64,000 nt of DNA from Botryllus schlosseri (Eukaryota), in NCBI GenBank assembly GCA_051294905.1, contig CM119376.1, positions 24,924,001 through 24,988,000 of the forward strand. The letters are read 5' to 3'. Numbering within the stretch: the stretch's first letter is position 1; each line of letters starts with the position of its first letter. Position numbers and translations under genes: made by a program. Positions 1 through 14,591 of this stretch are shown in pieces. The notes beneath the pieces were generated by a model. That model saw only the letters and a list, made by a program, of their open reading frames with translations, did not search any database and was not told the origin of the DNA.

Positions 1-137
1 CAGGTTGGCAAACTTGCATTCATTCTGTGACGCATAGAATTTGCCGATACTTTCAGATTAGAATTTCACTTTCGTGGTAGAAACTGCATGTCGGGCCGCT
101 GCGGGCCGCACAAAATCCAGTCGCAGGCCCGCCTCTG
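1..137. mobile_element. Right end of a hAT (Buster/Charlie-type) MITE truncated by the window edge
   Basis: GCGGGCCGCA subterminal motifs and terminal ...gcccgcctctg, resembling other MITE ends in the window. Confidence 0.35.
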
Positions 138-1976
138 TATTAAAACCATTAAAAAACGTTTATAGTAGACTGACGAGTGACGAGTATACCTATGCCTCAA
201 AAGCATTAGCCTACCGTAAGCAGCGCGCCCTACTTTACAGATTGGACTTATCTCACATATATTAAGCTATAACATTCGATGGAAGATACTACGCGTAGGC
301 AATATTCTAAGACGTTATGTCGAAATCTGCTATTGCATAAATCCCTCAGCATAACATGTTTGCATTGATAGACGATACCCTAGCATTCTAGCTGGATTGA
401 TTCGTAACTTTATCGGGTATTCTGATTATTCGTCATAACAGGCAACCGACTGGATTGCGTGTACCCCAGCGACAAGGTCATGAGCATGACTCATGATACC
501 AGTCTGAGTAGGCTACTTACGCACCGCGAATATGGCAGGATAGTAGTATATGAGTAGATAATATTTGCCTGCATTAGCTGTTCGTTTCCGTGACATTTTT
601 GCGTATTGACATGGTCACTCTATGTCGCAAATATTGGCATTAACGCTCAGAGAGTATGAGAGAGGATGAGTGGAGCCACCTTTGTTAATTTTACGTCATA
701 AGAAGTTGTAAGTATGAGGTGACAAATGTTAATGTTTCGTATTCGCAGGCTCTTAGCTTACTTGACCGACTGAACGGATGATCTCACTTGTAGCAGATTA
801 CAAATCGGTATCGACAGAGTTAAAGCTAGATGCGGTTACGGGAATTATAGCATTATTTCCATGTCTGATTATATCAGCATTTTGTGGCGGAGTTTTTCAT
901 CGAATGCTACAACTTCCGACATTGCGCTTTTGTTGATGTATTCTGTTATCATCAATCAAGGCTCTTTTGGGTTTGTCATCTAGGCGTTGTGTAAATCCAA
1001 TAATCATCACTACGTCACGCCGTTTTCATTCTTGATCAAGTGTTTATATGAGTAAACAGAACGCAAAGTAAGAAGTGCGCCGCAATAAAAGCTAACAGAG
1101 ATGCTCCTCAATTAAACACAGCTAAAGGCGGCCTCTTTCAAGTATCTGTGTATAATAGTAGGTCAAAGGTTATCGGTAATGATTATATGTATTGCTAATT
1201 GCACGTGTACACAGCGATGCTTAAATACAGAGTCAACAAATAGAGATATCGAAATGATTAGCTCATAACGCCGAAGCCAATACATCTTGCTCTTGCAGCT
1301 CTCAGCTAACATTGTATTGTTTTATCCGGTCTGATGAAATGAGCGAGAGTGTCCGCATCTCTACAAGCATTTCATTATGGAACTTAACAACCCCGAGGAT
1401 ATGAAATAATATTTTGTTGCGATTCGGGGACTAGGTATATTTGCAATCGTATCATCGTCAAACCCTGTCGGCAATAAGTGATCGTAAACTCTAAATCTCA
1501 AACGAAGAATTCATATATGAAAGTAAAAATTATTGCTTATTGGGACGCAATTGCAATTGGCTCGGGGATGCGGACTAAATGCAATCACGGCGATGCGAAC
1601 GTCGAAAGTACGACATGATTGAACTTCACTAAGTGCAGCGCGTTCACATGAAATATATCAAAGCATTATTGTGGACTTTGCTATATGTTGGCGATATATC
1701 ATAAAATCAGCCTTCAATAAGGCGAACCAAATTCTATTGTAAGTGTTTGGAAATCCTATATCCGCCGAAATCCTATATCCTTATTGTTGTGATATGATTG
1801 ATGGCTCTATGATATGCTTGTACTGTAGCATGAGGCCGGATAAGTCGCGACATATACCCGTTATTAAAGAAACACTGTGCGGTGAATATGCAATCGGGGA
1901 ATACAGCGGTGACCAAGTGAACTGATACACCATGATTGCGCCCATACGGACATCCCTGAATTAAACGGTCACTTAC

Positions 1977-4253
1977 TCGTCCTTGCTTTCCCGCAGAAGT
2001 TTATATCTTGTTGATTCGGGGAGAGATGTTTCCTCTTGTACAAGATGTGGGGTTTTTCGGAAGCTTCAAATTGGTGGGGCAGGTGACTCGGGACCGGTTC
2101 GATTAGAATATCATCCAAGTTTGTACGTAGAAGTCCAGTCTGGAAGATTACGAGAATAACTTCAAAGATGTTATGGGGCAAGAAGGTTTAGGATTGATAT
2201 CCGAAATTTACAGAACAGGCAACTTGGTACGCGACGAAAATGTCGCATTCTTTCCAGTGGAAAGAATTAGTTCATGGCGCTAGCGATGCATACTTTTTTT
2301 AAAATACATTTTCAAGCTACAATACCATTTCAGTATGGCCCGTAAGTACCTCTATAGTTGGAAGTATAGCCAACGACGTAACGTATCTTGTCATTTGCTG
2401 GACAAAAGCTAGGGATAAGGTCACTATTCCCACGCATCTCTCGAGAAAGCGGTTCGCAGTTCAGATCGGTTTACCGATATCAGATACAGATCCTTGCCTG
2501 CGCCTTCGTATGCACCTATGCATACATTCTATGAACGCCACTTCCATTGTATCGTAGATGCGATAAATATTTACAAATATGACCTCAAAGGTCAGTCTCA
2601 AGTGGGCCAAAGTAAATCTGAATCGGATTTTTGCACGTCAATTCTCGATAGAAATTCGCTTGTACTGAGCTTCGCAATACTACACGGCGGTACTGGTGAA
2701 AAAGAGATATCACAGTATACCAGGGTATACCTGTATCTTATAGTTCATTCCGACTCGCAGTATGACGGGTCTCTTAATCAAAATAACAATTATAAATTGC
2801 TGCAAAAACAATGACTTGGTTCATTTAAACTCCTCACCGAATGAGAATTGTATCACAATTGAAATCGGGGACAGAATTAAAGCATATCTTGGCCAATGCA
2901 TGACATTAAGTCTTACTGATTAGTAGGGCGATTTTTTTGACATGTCATAAAAAGTCAAAATTTCGTCAAAATTGTAGCGTTAGGTCAAAAAATGTCAAAA
3001 TTGTTTACGAACTCAAAATTTTTTTGCAACCTGCATTTCGTTTGTATCGTAAATTTTGCACTGAACTTATCATTTCACATTTTATAGCTTGTAGTCGGCT
3101 TTATAGGCCTAACGTTGTAGACGGCCCATTGTCCGCTCATTGTGGATCATAAACATTCAAATGAAACAAATAGGTTGACATGGTGTTATGCTCAACGTAC
3201 CGCAATACCCTAACTGAAGCAAGACTGCGTGGTCATTATATGGTTCTTATAGCAAGAAGCGTATGATGAAAAATTGTGATGTTGACGCCATCGTCAGATG
3301 AAGCAACCCGGTGTGTTACCAGTAGTGTACACACAACGTCTCAGTTGCGTGATGCAACTACTGGAATTCTTCATAGGGCCAGATTTCGTTAAAACTCGTT
3401 TTTTTGTCAGTTGAGTCAAAAAAGTTTTTTCGGGCTAAACTACTTCTTAAGGACAGACAGTTCCAACCCGAAATGAAGATAAGCAGTACAATTCTAACAT
3501 TATGTGGGAAAACACCTAATTTGCATACGTTAGGTCAAAGTTTGGTCAAAATCACGTTTTTCTAGGTCAAAAAATGTCCAAATTTTGATTTTTTAGATCA
3601 AAATCTTCCGTTTTTAAGTCAAAGAATCGCCCTATTGATTAGGTACCCTTGGCTTTCGGTGAAAATTGATTCTATTTAGTAAACCGCACGTTATACTATA
3701 CGCGGAAACCGGAATATAGTTTATTTTCATCTTTACCATCGAGGTGCATAAAACAGGTAATATCAAACTGTAGGGGACGCAAGTGTCAAACTTAAGTCAA
3801 ACTAGAGTTACGCTATGAATGAAAGGTACATTTTAGCGTCAAATCGTACGGTAATCATAATAATCAGTAATTTGGCGCCAATTATTACTTTTCCGTAAAT
3901 GAATTTATCGAAGTCAACTTCCAATCATACGAAAACGCGTACCATTCCTTTACAAGTGCTGATTGCAGCTGTTCCATTGCCATGAGAAATAACTCGGCCG
4001 ATATGGTGGCATCGTACTGACGGTAGCGGTATGTCCTGATAACTTGAGGTCGAATCGCCGTCCATAGTGCGTGAGATTCGCCCGACAAAGAAGTCCCGAC
4101 TAATCAGGTGATTCTCTGCTGGTAGGACCTCGATGTCGAAATCTTCGTCTCGAGAGGACACGGAGAGGAGAAGCGATTTATCGGATTCAGTGTGCGTTTC
4201 AAATTGCGTTCGTGAGGACGGGGTTGATATCTTCGGTACGACAATGTCGAAAT
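1977..4253 (-). CDS. ADAMTS16/18-like: ADAMTS16/18-like metalloprotease, paralog C (partial: two pro-domain exons; gene continues off the left edge)
   Basis: Exon 4253-3943 (cag|AT..ATG|gtacgc) reads DFDIVVPK...RCHHIGRVISHGNGTAAISTCKGM. Exon 2139-1977 (ttccag|..A|gtaagt, 163 bp) reads TGLLRTNLDDILIEPVPSHLPHQFEASEKPHILYKRKHLSPNQQDINFCGKART. Phases are compatible. The second exon has the same length (163 bp) as the gene B exon 48126-47964 and aligns with it. The furin-site/ETLVV exon was not found in 1-1976. Confidence 0.85.
2924..3634. mobile_element. Non-autonomous hAT element (TAGGGCGATT TIRs) in a paralog C intron
   Basis: 10-bp perfect TIR tagggcgatt/aatcgcccta; 8-bp TSD ctgattag/ttgattag; many subterminal GTCAAAA repeats at both ends. 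Confidence 0.85.
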
Positions 4254-4573
4254 CTGCCGCATAATCAACACCAGAATAGAGCGGAATTACGGATTATATT
4301 TGTAGCAAAAATTAAAGGAAAGATTCGTTTTGTCGCGACTCAACGAGGGTTTCGTTACAATTACTGGATCTTGAATCTCAGAATGACTAAAGTAATCGGT
4401 CCAAATATCATAATAATACATAATGATATATAACAATTTTATGTCGAATGTGTAGGTTAAACATATATTGATTGAAATCAAATTCAATCCGGTAGAGACA
4501 CGGAACGGGTCATATCGGTAATTTGTCTTTTTTGCGGGGTAAGGTATAAGGGTAAGCACAATACGGGGTTGAT

Positions 4574-4756
4574 CAGTGGTTCCCAGACGTTTTTGACTCA
4601 TCTCCCTCTTATCAAGCACAACATATCTTAATCCCCCTCCAGACTATAGAGGTCATCCGTAAGGTTACCCTTCTACTTTTTCGCAGTACCCAAGTATGTT
4701 GCATCCACTTACCCAAGGAGTTTCGCAGTCAAAATCGCCCACTTTTGAAACCACTT
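4574..4756. mobile_element. Degenerate short hAT/Charlie-like MITE
   Basis: Ends cagtggttccca...ttgaaaccactt; no TSD preserved. Confidence 0.45.
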
Positions 4757-6647
4757 AAGTATAGGAGGCGCGTCTTAAAATTATCATTGACTTACAAATA
4801 CTTAACATTGCCGTTTCCCGGCAGCTAGTTTACTCAAATTTCATTTATTCTCGAACAAATGACCGTGTTTCTAAAATCTCAATACTACCGAATTCCCGAA
4901 CTCCCAGTGTCTTCATCATCTTCACTACATTTTTCGGCAGCTATTGTTTTGCGTATATACTATAAATTTTGCGTTCTTGTATGAGTTCTATATATCCCGA
5001 CTATGTGTCTATACACGTAGATAGATCGCATATGGTAGCATTTGGAAACAAGGGACGAACGCTGAGCGATAAATACTTGAATTCGAATGAGAAATATATT
5101 CCATCATCATTTTAACGTGAAATCCGCGACCAGTCACGGTTGTCATTTCTCTGGGGATTTTAATGTCTGAATTTCGCTGATTGCATTCAATAAACACATC
5201 GCAAACAGCAATTAAAGCCCATTCACTACTTTGTCGTGATATTAGGGAAATATTTGCGATTTCTCGAATATAAAGTCGGAAAATCTTCTGGAAACTGATA
5301 CCTGACACCCCACCAACACATTTCCATGCTGGATGAGTCAATCTCATTTATGTATATACTAGCGAGGGTGGAGTTTACAACCGTGCAAAATTAAGGGTCC
5401 GGTCGTATGATACACGTATGGCGCATGCGTGTAGAAATGTATCTACAGAACAGGCATTTTATTGACGCTATTATTTTTATGCTCCAAACAATGCCGCTTT
5501 CTCTTTTCGATTATAGCATGGAATACGTGCTGTAGGTGTATCGTTCATATTCAGCAATCCAATATGAAATGCAAGGCTGGAAAGTAGTTTTTTTACACGT
5601 AACCATGTTGTTTTTTCCTGCTCGCATTGAGGACAAGATTATTCCGTCAAGTCGGGATCGAGACGAATGTTATTGACAAAATCCAATTTTATGAGCTTCT
5701 AGGAAGCACAGAACTACAATACTTAATTGAATAATATATTCATATTGAAATAAACCCGAATATTGTCGGCTGATACTCGTCAGAAGTAATCGTCGGCAAC
5801 TAGCAGAATTGAAATAAATTATATATCAATCGTATTTCCCCGCATCACTACAACTAGAACATCGAATTACTTTTCACCATTTATACTTGACTTCCATTTA
5901 CACCGCAATTCCGCGACGTTGCGAGCGATATGTTTTCTGAATCAGGCAGGCAGTCAACATATTTTCGTTCAACAGAGATTCTCTTTTGTCTGATCCATCT
6001 TGAATGAGGATTCGCGACGTCGGATCCTTGTTGTTTTGTAATTTATCACTGACATGACCCAACTCATAAGTCCAAACAGCAGGAATTTGGGATCTCCAGT
6101 AAATAGGGATTAGATCGACTTTGTATGATTCAGCAAAGGTAAATGCCACAAAACGAGAATGCTGGTATCATCACTCTAGCCGATGAAAAGGAATTCCACT
6201 TTGATCGAAAGATAAGATTAGTACAAGACTCATAATGAAAGTCATTAGTGCATTAGGGAATGGATTCATAAACAAATTATCAAACCTCGTAAATGGGGGT
6301 GGGTCGTCTGCTGCACGAGACGATGAAGGGCTCTGTGTGCATCAGTGTAATGCCTACTGTGAAGCTGTCCATCCGTTTTTGTTGAGAATACCTACCAAAA
6401 GACAATCAATTTTGTTGAAAATTCCATAACCATTGATACCAATCCAGGTAAGATGCCTACACACTTAAACCAACAGCGTGATAACGCGGGATTAACCGCT
6501 AACCTCTCGGATTAACTGTTGATAGACACGCCATAATCCTATACGGTGTATAACTAATACGATAACATTGTGAGTCGTGCGTAACTGCAACATGGGAAAC
6601 ATTGGTTACGGATTATAGTGTTGACAACGGTACATGATATTAATTAC

Positions 6648-7603
6648 TAGGGATGGTGTGAACGCGAGGTTCACGTTCGCGTTCTGTGTGTGAACCTCGG
6701 AAATTTAGAGGTTCGCGTTCACAACAGAACCTTGGTAGGTTCTGCACTGTGAACCTTTTTGGTAAATAGTAATTTGGACTTCACTATAAGATCTTTGGTT
6801 AAAATATATTGCATTTCAACTGCGGGTCACTCTATGCATGGCGCTGGCAGCATAAAAAATCAACACTAAACGAGCATGCACCTTGACAACATTAAAAGTT
6901 TTACTTGCTTTTTTGTTGCAAAAATTTCTCGAAATATCCAGCTTTCCGTTTGTGAATATTTAGTGACTCTCTGCTGTGAGCTTGACCCGCAACCACACAA
7001 CATCACGAGCGATATACGTAGTCAGTGAATGATGCTTATTCAACCAATCAATGACATTGATATCGTTTTCTGATGTAAAAAATCGAGCGGACGTACTGGG
7101 TCAATCTTGACTTCATATCCTTACTGTATCATTAAAACCAAATCCGTGCGATTAAGGTGTATAACTTGTTGTTTATGGTATAGGTAGCGAGTATAGAAAC
7201 CCGTTTTACACTCTGCTCAATATCAATGTAGCAATACTCAGACTCCGAACATATTGTCCGGTCTGTCAAAGACCGTTAAGGCGTAAGCTTATATTCCCTG
7301 GTAATTCCTGGTCGAAATTGTTGGCAAAGCGACGGAATGTATTGATTTTATGAGAATGTTGTATGCCTTCATAACCGCGGTTGATACATTTAGCGACGTT
7401 TAAAATGCCAATATGTACTTCAGCAATGTGACATTATGAGGCCCGAGTCTTCGCTAGGTATCATAGGCTATCACTTCATTGAAAGATAGGGTTGTAATTA
7501 GCAATATGACGTCACGAGGTTCACGTTCGTGTTCACACAGAACCTTTCAAAAAGGTTCGCGTTCACACGAACCCGAACCTTTCAGAGGTTCACACCATCC
7601 CTA
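6648..7603. mobile_element. Non-autonomous hAT (Ac-like) element with 16-bp perfect TIR
   Basis: TIR tagggatggtgtgaac/gttcacaccatcccta; subterminal GAGGTTCAC/GAACC repeats; approximate TSD (t)taattac, offset on the right side. Confidence 0.85.
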
Positions 7604-9916
7604 TAATAATTACAACGTTCTGGCAGGAGAATTTATGAATTATGAACTCATCAAATCTAAACAATTTCTTATTTTAATCTGCAAGCCTGGATTTTAACCG
7701 AGTGTGGTAGGTTCATTCACAAAACCAATGTTAAGACATTTGCGTTATTAGCACGCATATGAAATCTCCGAGAAGTATATCTACGAAGATGATATTTCTA
7801 GTGGATGAACCTTCGGATTACCGTGTTAGTAACAGCTATAAGTTTTTGAAACGACTCGAGAGTTGTGCATTGAATTAATTATTTCTATTCATAATAATCA
7901 GCGTTCATCGACCACACCAAATTTGACATGTTGGTATTGATGTAATCGAATGGAATGAAAACCTCAGAAAGATGAGCTCCGTTTGGCATTTGGCATTGAA
8001 TTACTCGATGGTGAATATTCTTATTGTCCCTGAGCCGCATATTAGTGGAGCACGATATCGACAAAATTGAACCATTGTATTTCAATTTGGATTTGAAAAT
8101 TATATAACTTTCATAGAAGAATTGGATTTGAAAATCGCGAACTAATATTGAAAGTCTATAGTCGCACATGATATTGTTACCAGTGTGAAAGCTCTTACGA
8201 ATTAGCAGGGCGCATATCGTCGTTAGTCCATATGGTGAGTAATTTATCCACTTTCCAAGCTAATACCATAACATCGATGACCAGACCATTAAGAAATACT
8301 TCTACCGCCACATCATCGCTGATTGTTTCTTGAGAATTTTAGTCTTATAATCCTAGCGGCGAATAGTCATTTGACATTGACTGGTAGGGAAATCAATTTT
8401 CAAATATTCACACACAGCAGATTCGACAAGTTTGAATCGATTGTAAACTCGAATAGTATTGATATTAATAAAACAGTTTCATCCGCACTTTCTCGATGAA
8501 TTCATACGGCAATTAACGCCACCATAGTTCCACACAAGAGATGTCAACACATCTTGCGCTAGACGAAAAGTTAAATTATATTCCCTGTGACAAGGCATCT
8601 CAATTGAGGGTTGCAATTGCGCCACAGCCGACCGCTACGGTTCTGCATTGCGAATCGAATATATATCCTGTTACCGATATTACCAATACTACAATATTTT
8701 TCGCGTGCGTGCTTGTTGCATTCAAGGATACTTAAAACTATCCTAGCTATCCCAGGTAGCAATACGCTTACGTTTATCGTGCGTGTAAGACCCAGCTAAG
8801 ATTCGATATCACCTGTTCCTTAACGCCTAAAGTCGACGTATAATGACCAGAGAGGTCGCACAAAATTTACGAAAAGCGCCGATGAGTTAGTTAGTTAGTT
8901 CAAATACTGGCATATACTCACTGTTTTTATTAGGACGGCAATCACTAATCCCGAAAATTTGAAGGATTCCTTTCGCATGATGAGCAATTCATCTAGCTCG
9001 GATGCATTACCAAAAAAACTACGCTAAATATAGGTATGGCTATTTGATCGCTAAACAGGCAAACAAAATGCATATCATGCACCCTGGTACTAGTAGGTCA
9101 CGATCTTTTTTATACAATTTCACGTCCTTTGTTTCTCGCACCGAATCATAAGTGCTGTTATCCGGGCGGTTCACTCCAAATTTGACAAATACGCGAGAAA
9201 CGCTCTCTCATCACATTCACTGCGGGCTGTTCTAGTTCAGCGGATGAGGGAGGAAAGTCAACCCAAGTCGCGTTTCTTTGTGAAGCGAAACTCCCCGCCC
9301 GTGAAATGATCAACAGTCAGCATGCTGTGACATGTATTGGGCCATCGACGCAGATCATAAGGGAAGTCACCAGTGCTTCAAAACAAAACCGTAATTCTGC
9401 TATTACGTCATCACGAAACTCGGCCTATCTGTGCTGCAATCACACACCCAGCAGTCAATCCGATTCCTCCACTAATTCACCACAGTTAGGCAACTGGAAA
9501 ATATTCGGCTTTTGCAAAATGCATTAGAATTAGAATGATAGCTACGCATACACATATTTCTAAAATAGATTGGAATAACAATTAAGGAATTCGCAAAAAC
9601 TTTCGGATCATCAAGAAATACAACAAAATGAAGAATACCATTCATAACAAATCAGAGATCATTCTAAGAAGCTTGAGCTTGGGAACTGTATGCAGAGTAC
9701 GTACAGCATCGAGTTTGACTCGTTTCGCATTGTACAGTTCTCCTATATCAGTTTAAGAAAAGGACAGAAATTTAATAAGAATAAAAATTACAGCATAGAA
9801 ACATTGCCCCAATTAGATTAAAATTAGATTACCGGCTTCGCTCTAATTACTCTATTTAAATTAATAGAATTATCTAGTGGTCCAAGTCCGTAATTCAGTA
9901 GCCGGTAGAGCTCAAC

Positions 9917-10137
9917 TCGACCCTGCTCCATGGCATCTGGTTATATTGACATCATCCACCCTGATTTCCCGTATATTAGCGTGCCTTTTGTTCTGTCTGA
10001 AGGGCGGGCCTCTTTCCTTGAAAATCAAGGTCGCGAACCTTGCTTCAAACAAGAGATGAACATCGATGAATGAGATGCTACGTACTAGCAACGCGATGAC
10101 ATATAGAAAAGGGTGCGCGCGTCTCAAATTAATTCAT
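9917..10137 (-). CDS. Candidate 5' (signal peptide) exon(s) of paralog C; frame from the ATG needs a 1-nt correction
   Basis: Hydrophobic stretch LRRAHPFLYVIALL is followed by a phase-0 gtacgt donor (10085). A possible 69-bp intron follows, then a 100-nt phase 0-to-1 exon (10016-9917), the same length as gene A exon 2. The ATG at 10137 is out of frame by 1 nt. Confidence 0.3.
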
Positions 10138-11490
10138 AGAGAACCTCTAACGAGTACTTTCCGGCTCTCTTCTGAGTAGCGAACCCGGAGGTGTTTTACA
10201 TCGCACTGCTTGACTTCATAATAATACGGACACATCCCCCTTCAAGCCACCATGTTGCGATACCTGAGTAAGTGTTTACTGTTTCCTGGCTGTTCGTGCC
10301 CCTGAAAATCCGGGTAATCCCGACTTGCAAGTGCGGCGCGATTATGTAGCGCCACGCTTGTCTGCTATACTGTCTAACCATACAAACGTGTATTTGCACT
10401 TCCAATTCGCGCCTGCGATCAAAGAAATTTTAGGCGTAACCACCTCTACGCATCTACGTTATGATTCTGCACTGCTTGAGGTTTTATAATTTTCTGCTCG
10501 CTGCAAAACACAGTATTTGTGTTTCTACCAAGTCTCCCGTTGCTGTTCTATATTATAGGATTACGAACGGCGTTTTGGGTTTATAAACAATTTAGATCGA
10601 TTTGACCTGTCAGCGGTTTCCTGCTGATATTCCGAAAATCTTCAATACAAAGCTAAAGATTTTAATGATATTATTATTGCATAGCCATAGGCACAGTACG
10701 TCAGTAGGCTATGGAAAAGCTAAAAGACAGATATGACGCTCCTCGTTGCAAATATAGCTTCTGAGGGAATCAATCGATGGCGAGGAAGAGATAACCAGTC
10801 TGGAAAAAACTTTAAATTGGCCTGAAAAATTATCATTCTAATCATCACGAAGGTCTCGCCTCGCGCAATCTATTGCCGTGACTCATCATCAGCTCGCGGA
10901 GGTTAATCTACTCGGGTGTGACCCGATTGCTCTGGTCGGTTTCCGAATGACCTCAAATTCGTAGATATGTCACGGAGTCGCGAGGATCGCATCAACGTGA
11001 AAGACAGTAACGGCGAGAGATCGTTGCGGGCAGATATCGCAAACGTGATCGTATCGATTGCGCTATTCTAGCAGAATATCGAAACGTGAGATGTCACAAA
11101 CGGAACGCCAAATAAGCGTAACTTACATTGGGCGAATGCGTGTAGTGCTATCTCGATTGATGGCGCAAGGGAGTTGCGGATAGCAGAAAATACGGCTCAG
11201 ATTCAACAACAAAATCGCATCACAGGCACTCGTACACTTCGGTATTTTCAAATCCATATGTAATTTCGACGCACGTACAGTACAATCGTCACAATCCAAT
11301 CCTTGCTTGAATCGATGTCCTGTTCGATTGAAGACAAAGATTGTAATTCTTTTCACCGCATGTGGTAAGACTTTGTTACGCCAAAGGGCTAATTTCCTGG
11401 GTAATGGAGTCCAACAAACTGCGCGACATTGGAATGTTGATCTGAAATGGATAATTATGGAAGCTGTTAATGGTGCCTACGGTGGGGAAT

Positions 11491-12731
11491 TAGGGTTAGT
11501 TCGGATATCAATAATTTTCACTATCTGGATAACGGATATATCCGGATATTTGAAAGTTAGCTAACCGGTTAACCGGATAATGAATGCTAAGTGAGATAAT
11601 CGATTTCACGAGGTCTGCATGAAAAATGGATCGCAAAATCATTACACAGTGTTACGGTAGATTTATAGGTACACGCGCAGTACGAGCGAGAATACGAGAA
11701 AAATCGCGCAAATTTAATGTTCACTGCTTCTGCAACTTCCTCCTTATAAAGTACACTACATCAATAGTGGTATCCTGTAGCCGGAACCGGAGATTTGTAA
11801 CAAAGAGTCCACACGTATTAAATGCCCTTTCTGTTTCCACTAAATGGGCTGAATATAGTAAGCAGCGCTTCCTTTTTGCCTATTCTTCTGTTTTGGTGTC
11901 CAGTACTGGAAGGACGAGTAGCTGATACTGGAATTGAGGCCGACATGATAGCTCGCTCTAATTCCTCCATGGGAAATTCACATGATCAGGCCCGTAGCCA
12001 GCCGAAAAATAAGTGGGGGTGGGTGTTTGAAATAAAACGAGGGGTGTTTTAAATAAAACGAGGGGGTTTCGATTTTTTTCGAATTTAGTATCAGCGGAAA
12101 TCAATTACGCTTGCACGCACGAACATGTTTGCGAAATGCGAACATTCGATGTCATTCAGTTTCGCGATGTCACTCATTAATCACAATCGCGGATCATAAT
12201 AGTCTTAGCGGCATATTGTCTCCAAGCCACCAAGAGATAGGTGCCAACGCATGCCTGGCCCGAGACTCGATGGTTACGCCAGCGATGATATCGTTCGTAC
12301 CATGCCTTTTGCAGATGCGATTGTGTAGGCCAGCGATAATATCGTGGACCAGTGATGGTATAAAGTCCACGGAGCCTATTGCAGATGTGATTCTGCCAGC
12401 GGAACTATAGGCTTGTTGAAGACTCGAAAAATCAGGCCAGCAACGATAGTCGAGTTCGCAGCAATCAATGATCTAATTTGGCGATCTTCTCAGCGGGAGA
12501 TTGCGTCGCGTTACACACTGCATTGACGTATCTCGCTAATTGGCGACACGCTTCTCGCTGATTGGCCGCGCGCAACACTGATAATACGACTTATTGAAGC
12601 TTCCTAAAAGTGTAAAACGCAATATTAACGATACTATTTTATCCGGTCAACCGGCAGATTTATATCCGGATATCGGATAATAAAAAACCTGCGGTTAACC
12701 TGTTAACCGTTATCCTGATAATCCAACCCTA
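11491..12731. mobile_element. Degenerate hAT-like element with TAGGGTT ends
   Basis: Ends tagggtt...aacccta; subterminal CCGGATA / ACCGGTTAACCGG arrays at both ends; TSD only approximate. Contains an orphan CAGGCCCGTAGCCAG TIR at 11987. Confidence 0.6.
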
Positions 12732-13512
12732 GTGGTGATGCGATCCGGACTTGGGCGCATTGATGAGAGATCAGTTTTTTGTTTCGTATGTACCGTCGAG
12801 GGGGTTTTGTCGATGGGGCTACGAAACAGCATTTTGGTAAGGTTATCAAGTCTACGCCACCATTTTAGCATACATCTCGCTGCTGACGGACGACGCACCG
12901 ATTGCCACGCTATTGTTTCACAATTTCCATTTCTTCGTGTGCATTGCTCGTGGGTTTGTTGTGTTCATCAATCATACAAGCCAGTGTGCGTCGTTCCTTG
13001 TACTGTGCGTATATGACACCAGTATTCGTTCCGTGCGCCAGCTTATTGGCATGGATGTACGAAATCTGACTTGATACGAGCATGGTTTGAGATTTTGACA
13101 TGAATACCATCGTAAAGATATTGGTTTGATTATTATATTAGAACTGGATTGGCCATTTTCGAGTTAGGATCGTTCTGAATTGGTACCCGAAGTTGAACTA
13201 TTCCCAGATGTAAACTTTGATCGCGACACGCCGGCGTTAGCAGTAAGCATAATATATCATCATCATTTCTATTTGGAATTCGATTTGAAACTTGTATAAG
13301 GAACGGCAATGTGATTTTAAAATATTAAATACTCTCATTTCGTCTCCTTGGCTATAGAACAGGGGTGGACAAACTTTTGAGCTCGCGGGCCGCATTCAAC
13401 ATCTGAGTCCATTCACGGGCCGCACTATATAAAATTGGGATATAAACCAAAACACAATATTGGAATTTGATTATATAGCGAGGACATGGATATAGTCTAT
13501 ATATGCTTATTT

Positions 13513-13660
13513 TAGGGTTACCATACGTCCAAACCAACCAAACATTGCTTTGACGAAATCGTACACGCGTCAGAAACCGTGGCAAGACTTTATAGGCTGG
13601 TCGACCCTAAAAACCAATTTGTCAAAACTATAGGGATAAAAGTCGGTTGTCCCGATTCTT
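13513..13660. mobile_element. Fragment of a hAT Blackjack/Tip100-like element end
   Basis: Starts TAGGGTTACCATACGTCC, followed by gtcccgatt motifs; no partner end found. Confidence 0.4.
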
Positions 13661-13828
13661 AGAAAAGGGGTTGAAATTTAAATCAGTGACCAGATATCTC
13701 TTCATAGTTTTGCTAATTCCACTTTTGGGTCAGTTCCAGGACACACAATGCTGACATCATCAAACCCTGCTAGCTTCAAACACGCTTCTACTATGTGTAG
13801 ATAAATTAGAAATAGCCTACTTTTACGC

Positions 13829-14591
13829 CAGGTGTGCTGGTCAACCTTTTGGCCATTCACGGCCGCATTTCGACTACTCATGTAGCGTAAGGCCGCATTC
13901 CTGGGCTTATTCGTAAAGAACGAGCTGGGCGTCAAATACCATGTTACAGTGTCTATGCCTATTTCCGGTTAACTCCGGATTAGTCTATTTAATGACATAG
14001 GCTTACGATATACGAACCTAAATCTCGGGTGGGTAGTGGAAATGGCACGGAACTGTTTTTTCAGATTCACCAATGAATTTCGTCATTATTATCAGTATAT
14101 AGTTTTACATATTACTATTAGACTTTAACCTTTCTCGGCCCATGTGATCAGATTCACCGGTAGAGTTGATGAAGGGGGTGTTTTCGAGAATTTAGGGCAA
14201 GTTATAAATTATGATGCATCTCCGGGTGGGCCAATCGCTGTTAGTCACTTTGTTGCAAGCTGCTATTTCTTGATCTGCCACCAGGATCGCCGGCATAGTG
14301 AGGAGCACACGATTCCGAGTTGGTATTTCTATAAGAGGTGCATCATTTTCCTCTGCCTTTCGCATCTTTGTGGGGCTCTGATGGCAAAAAGCGCTACTAT
14401 ATTAAAATCGAAAAAGGAAGTGAAATTGAATCGCGCGAAGAAAATTTCAAGACTTATTAATATATTTCAAGAAATTGGGAGTCAATTCGTAAATTCAAAT
14501 TGCATGTCGACGGCCGCCAATACATACTAATTGAATTGCGTGTCCACGGCCGGACAAATTTACTTCCACGGCCGCAGGTTGGACACCCCTG
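13829..14591. mobile_element. Buster-type MITE nested inside the 13360-14991 element
   Basis: Imperfect TIR caggtgtgctggtcaacc/ggttggacacccctg; perfect TSD ttttacgc. Confidence 0.85.

Noticed and set aside
9240-9300. NF-kB/ETS-like motifs (also near 25240 and 51165)
   Set aside because: Short degenerate matches are expected by chance without conservation data.
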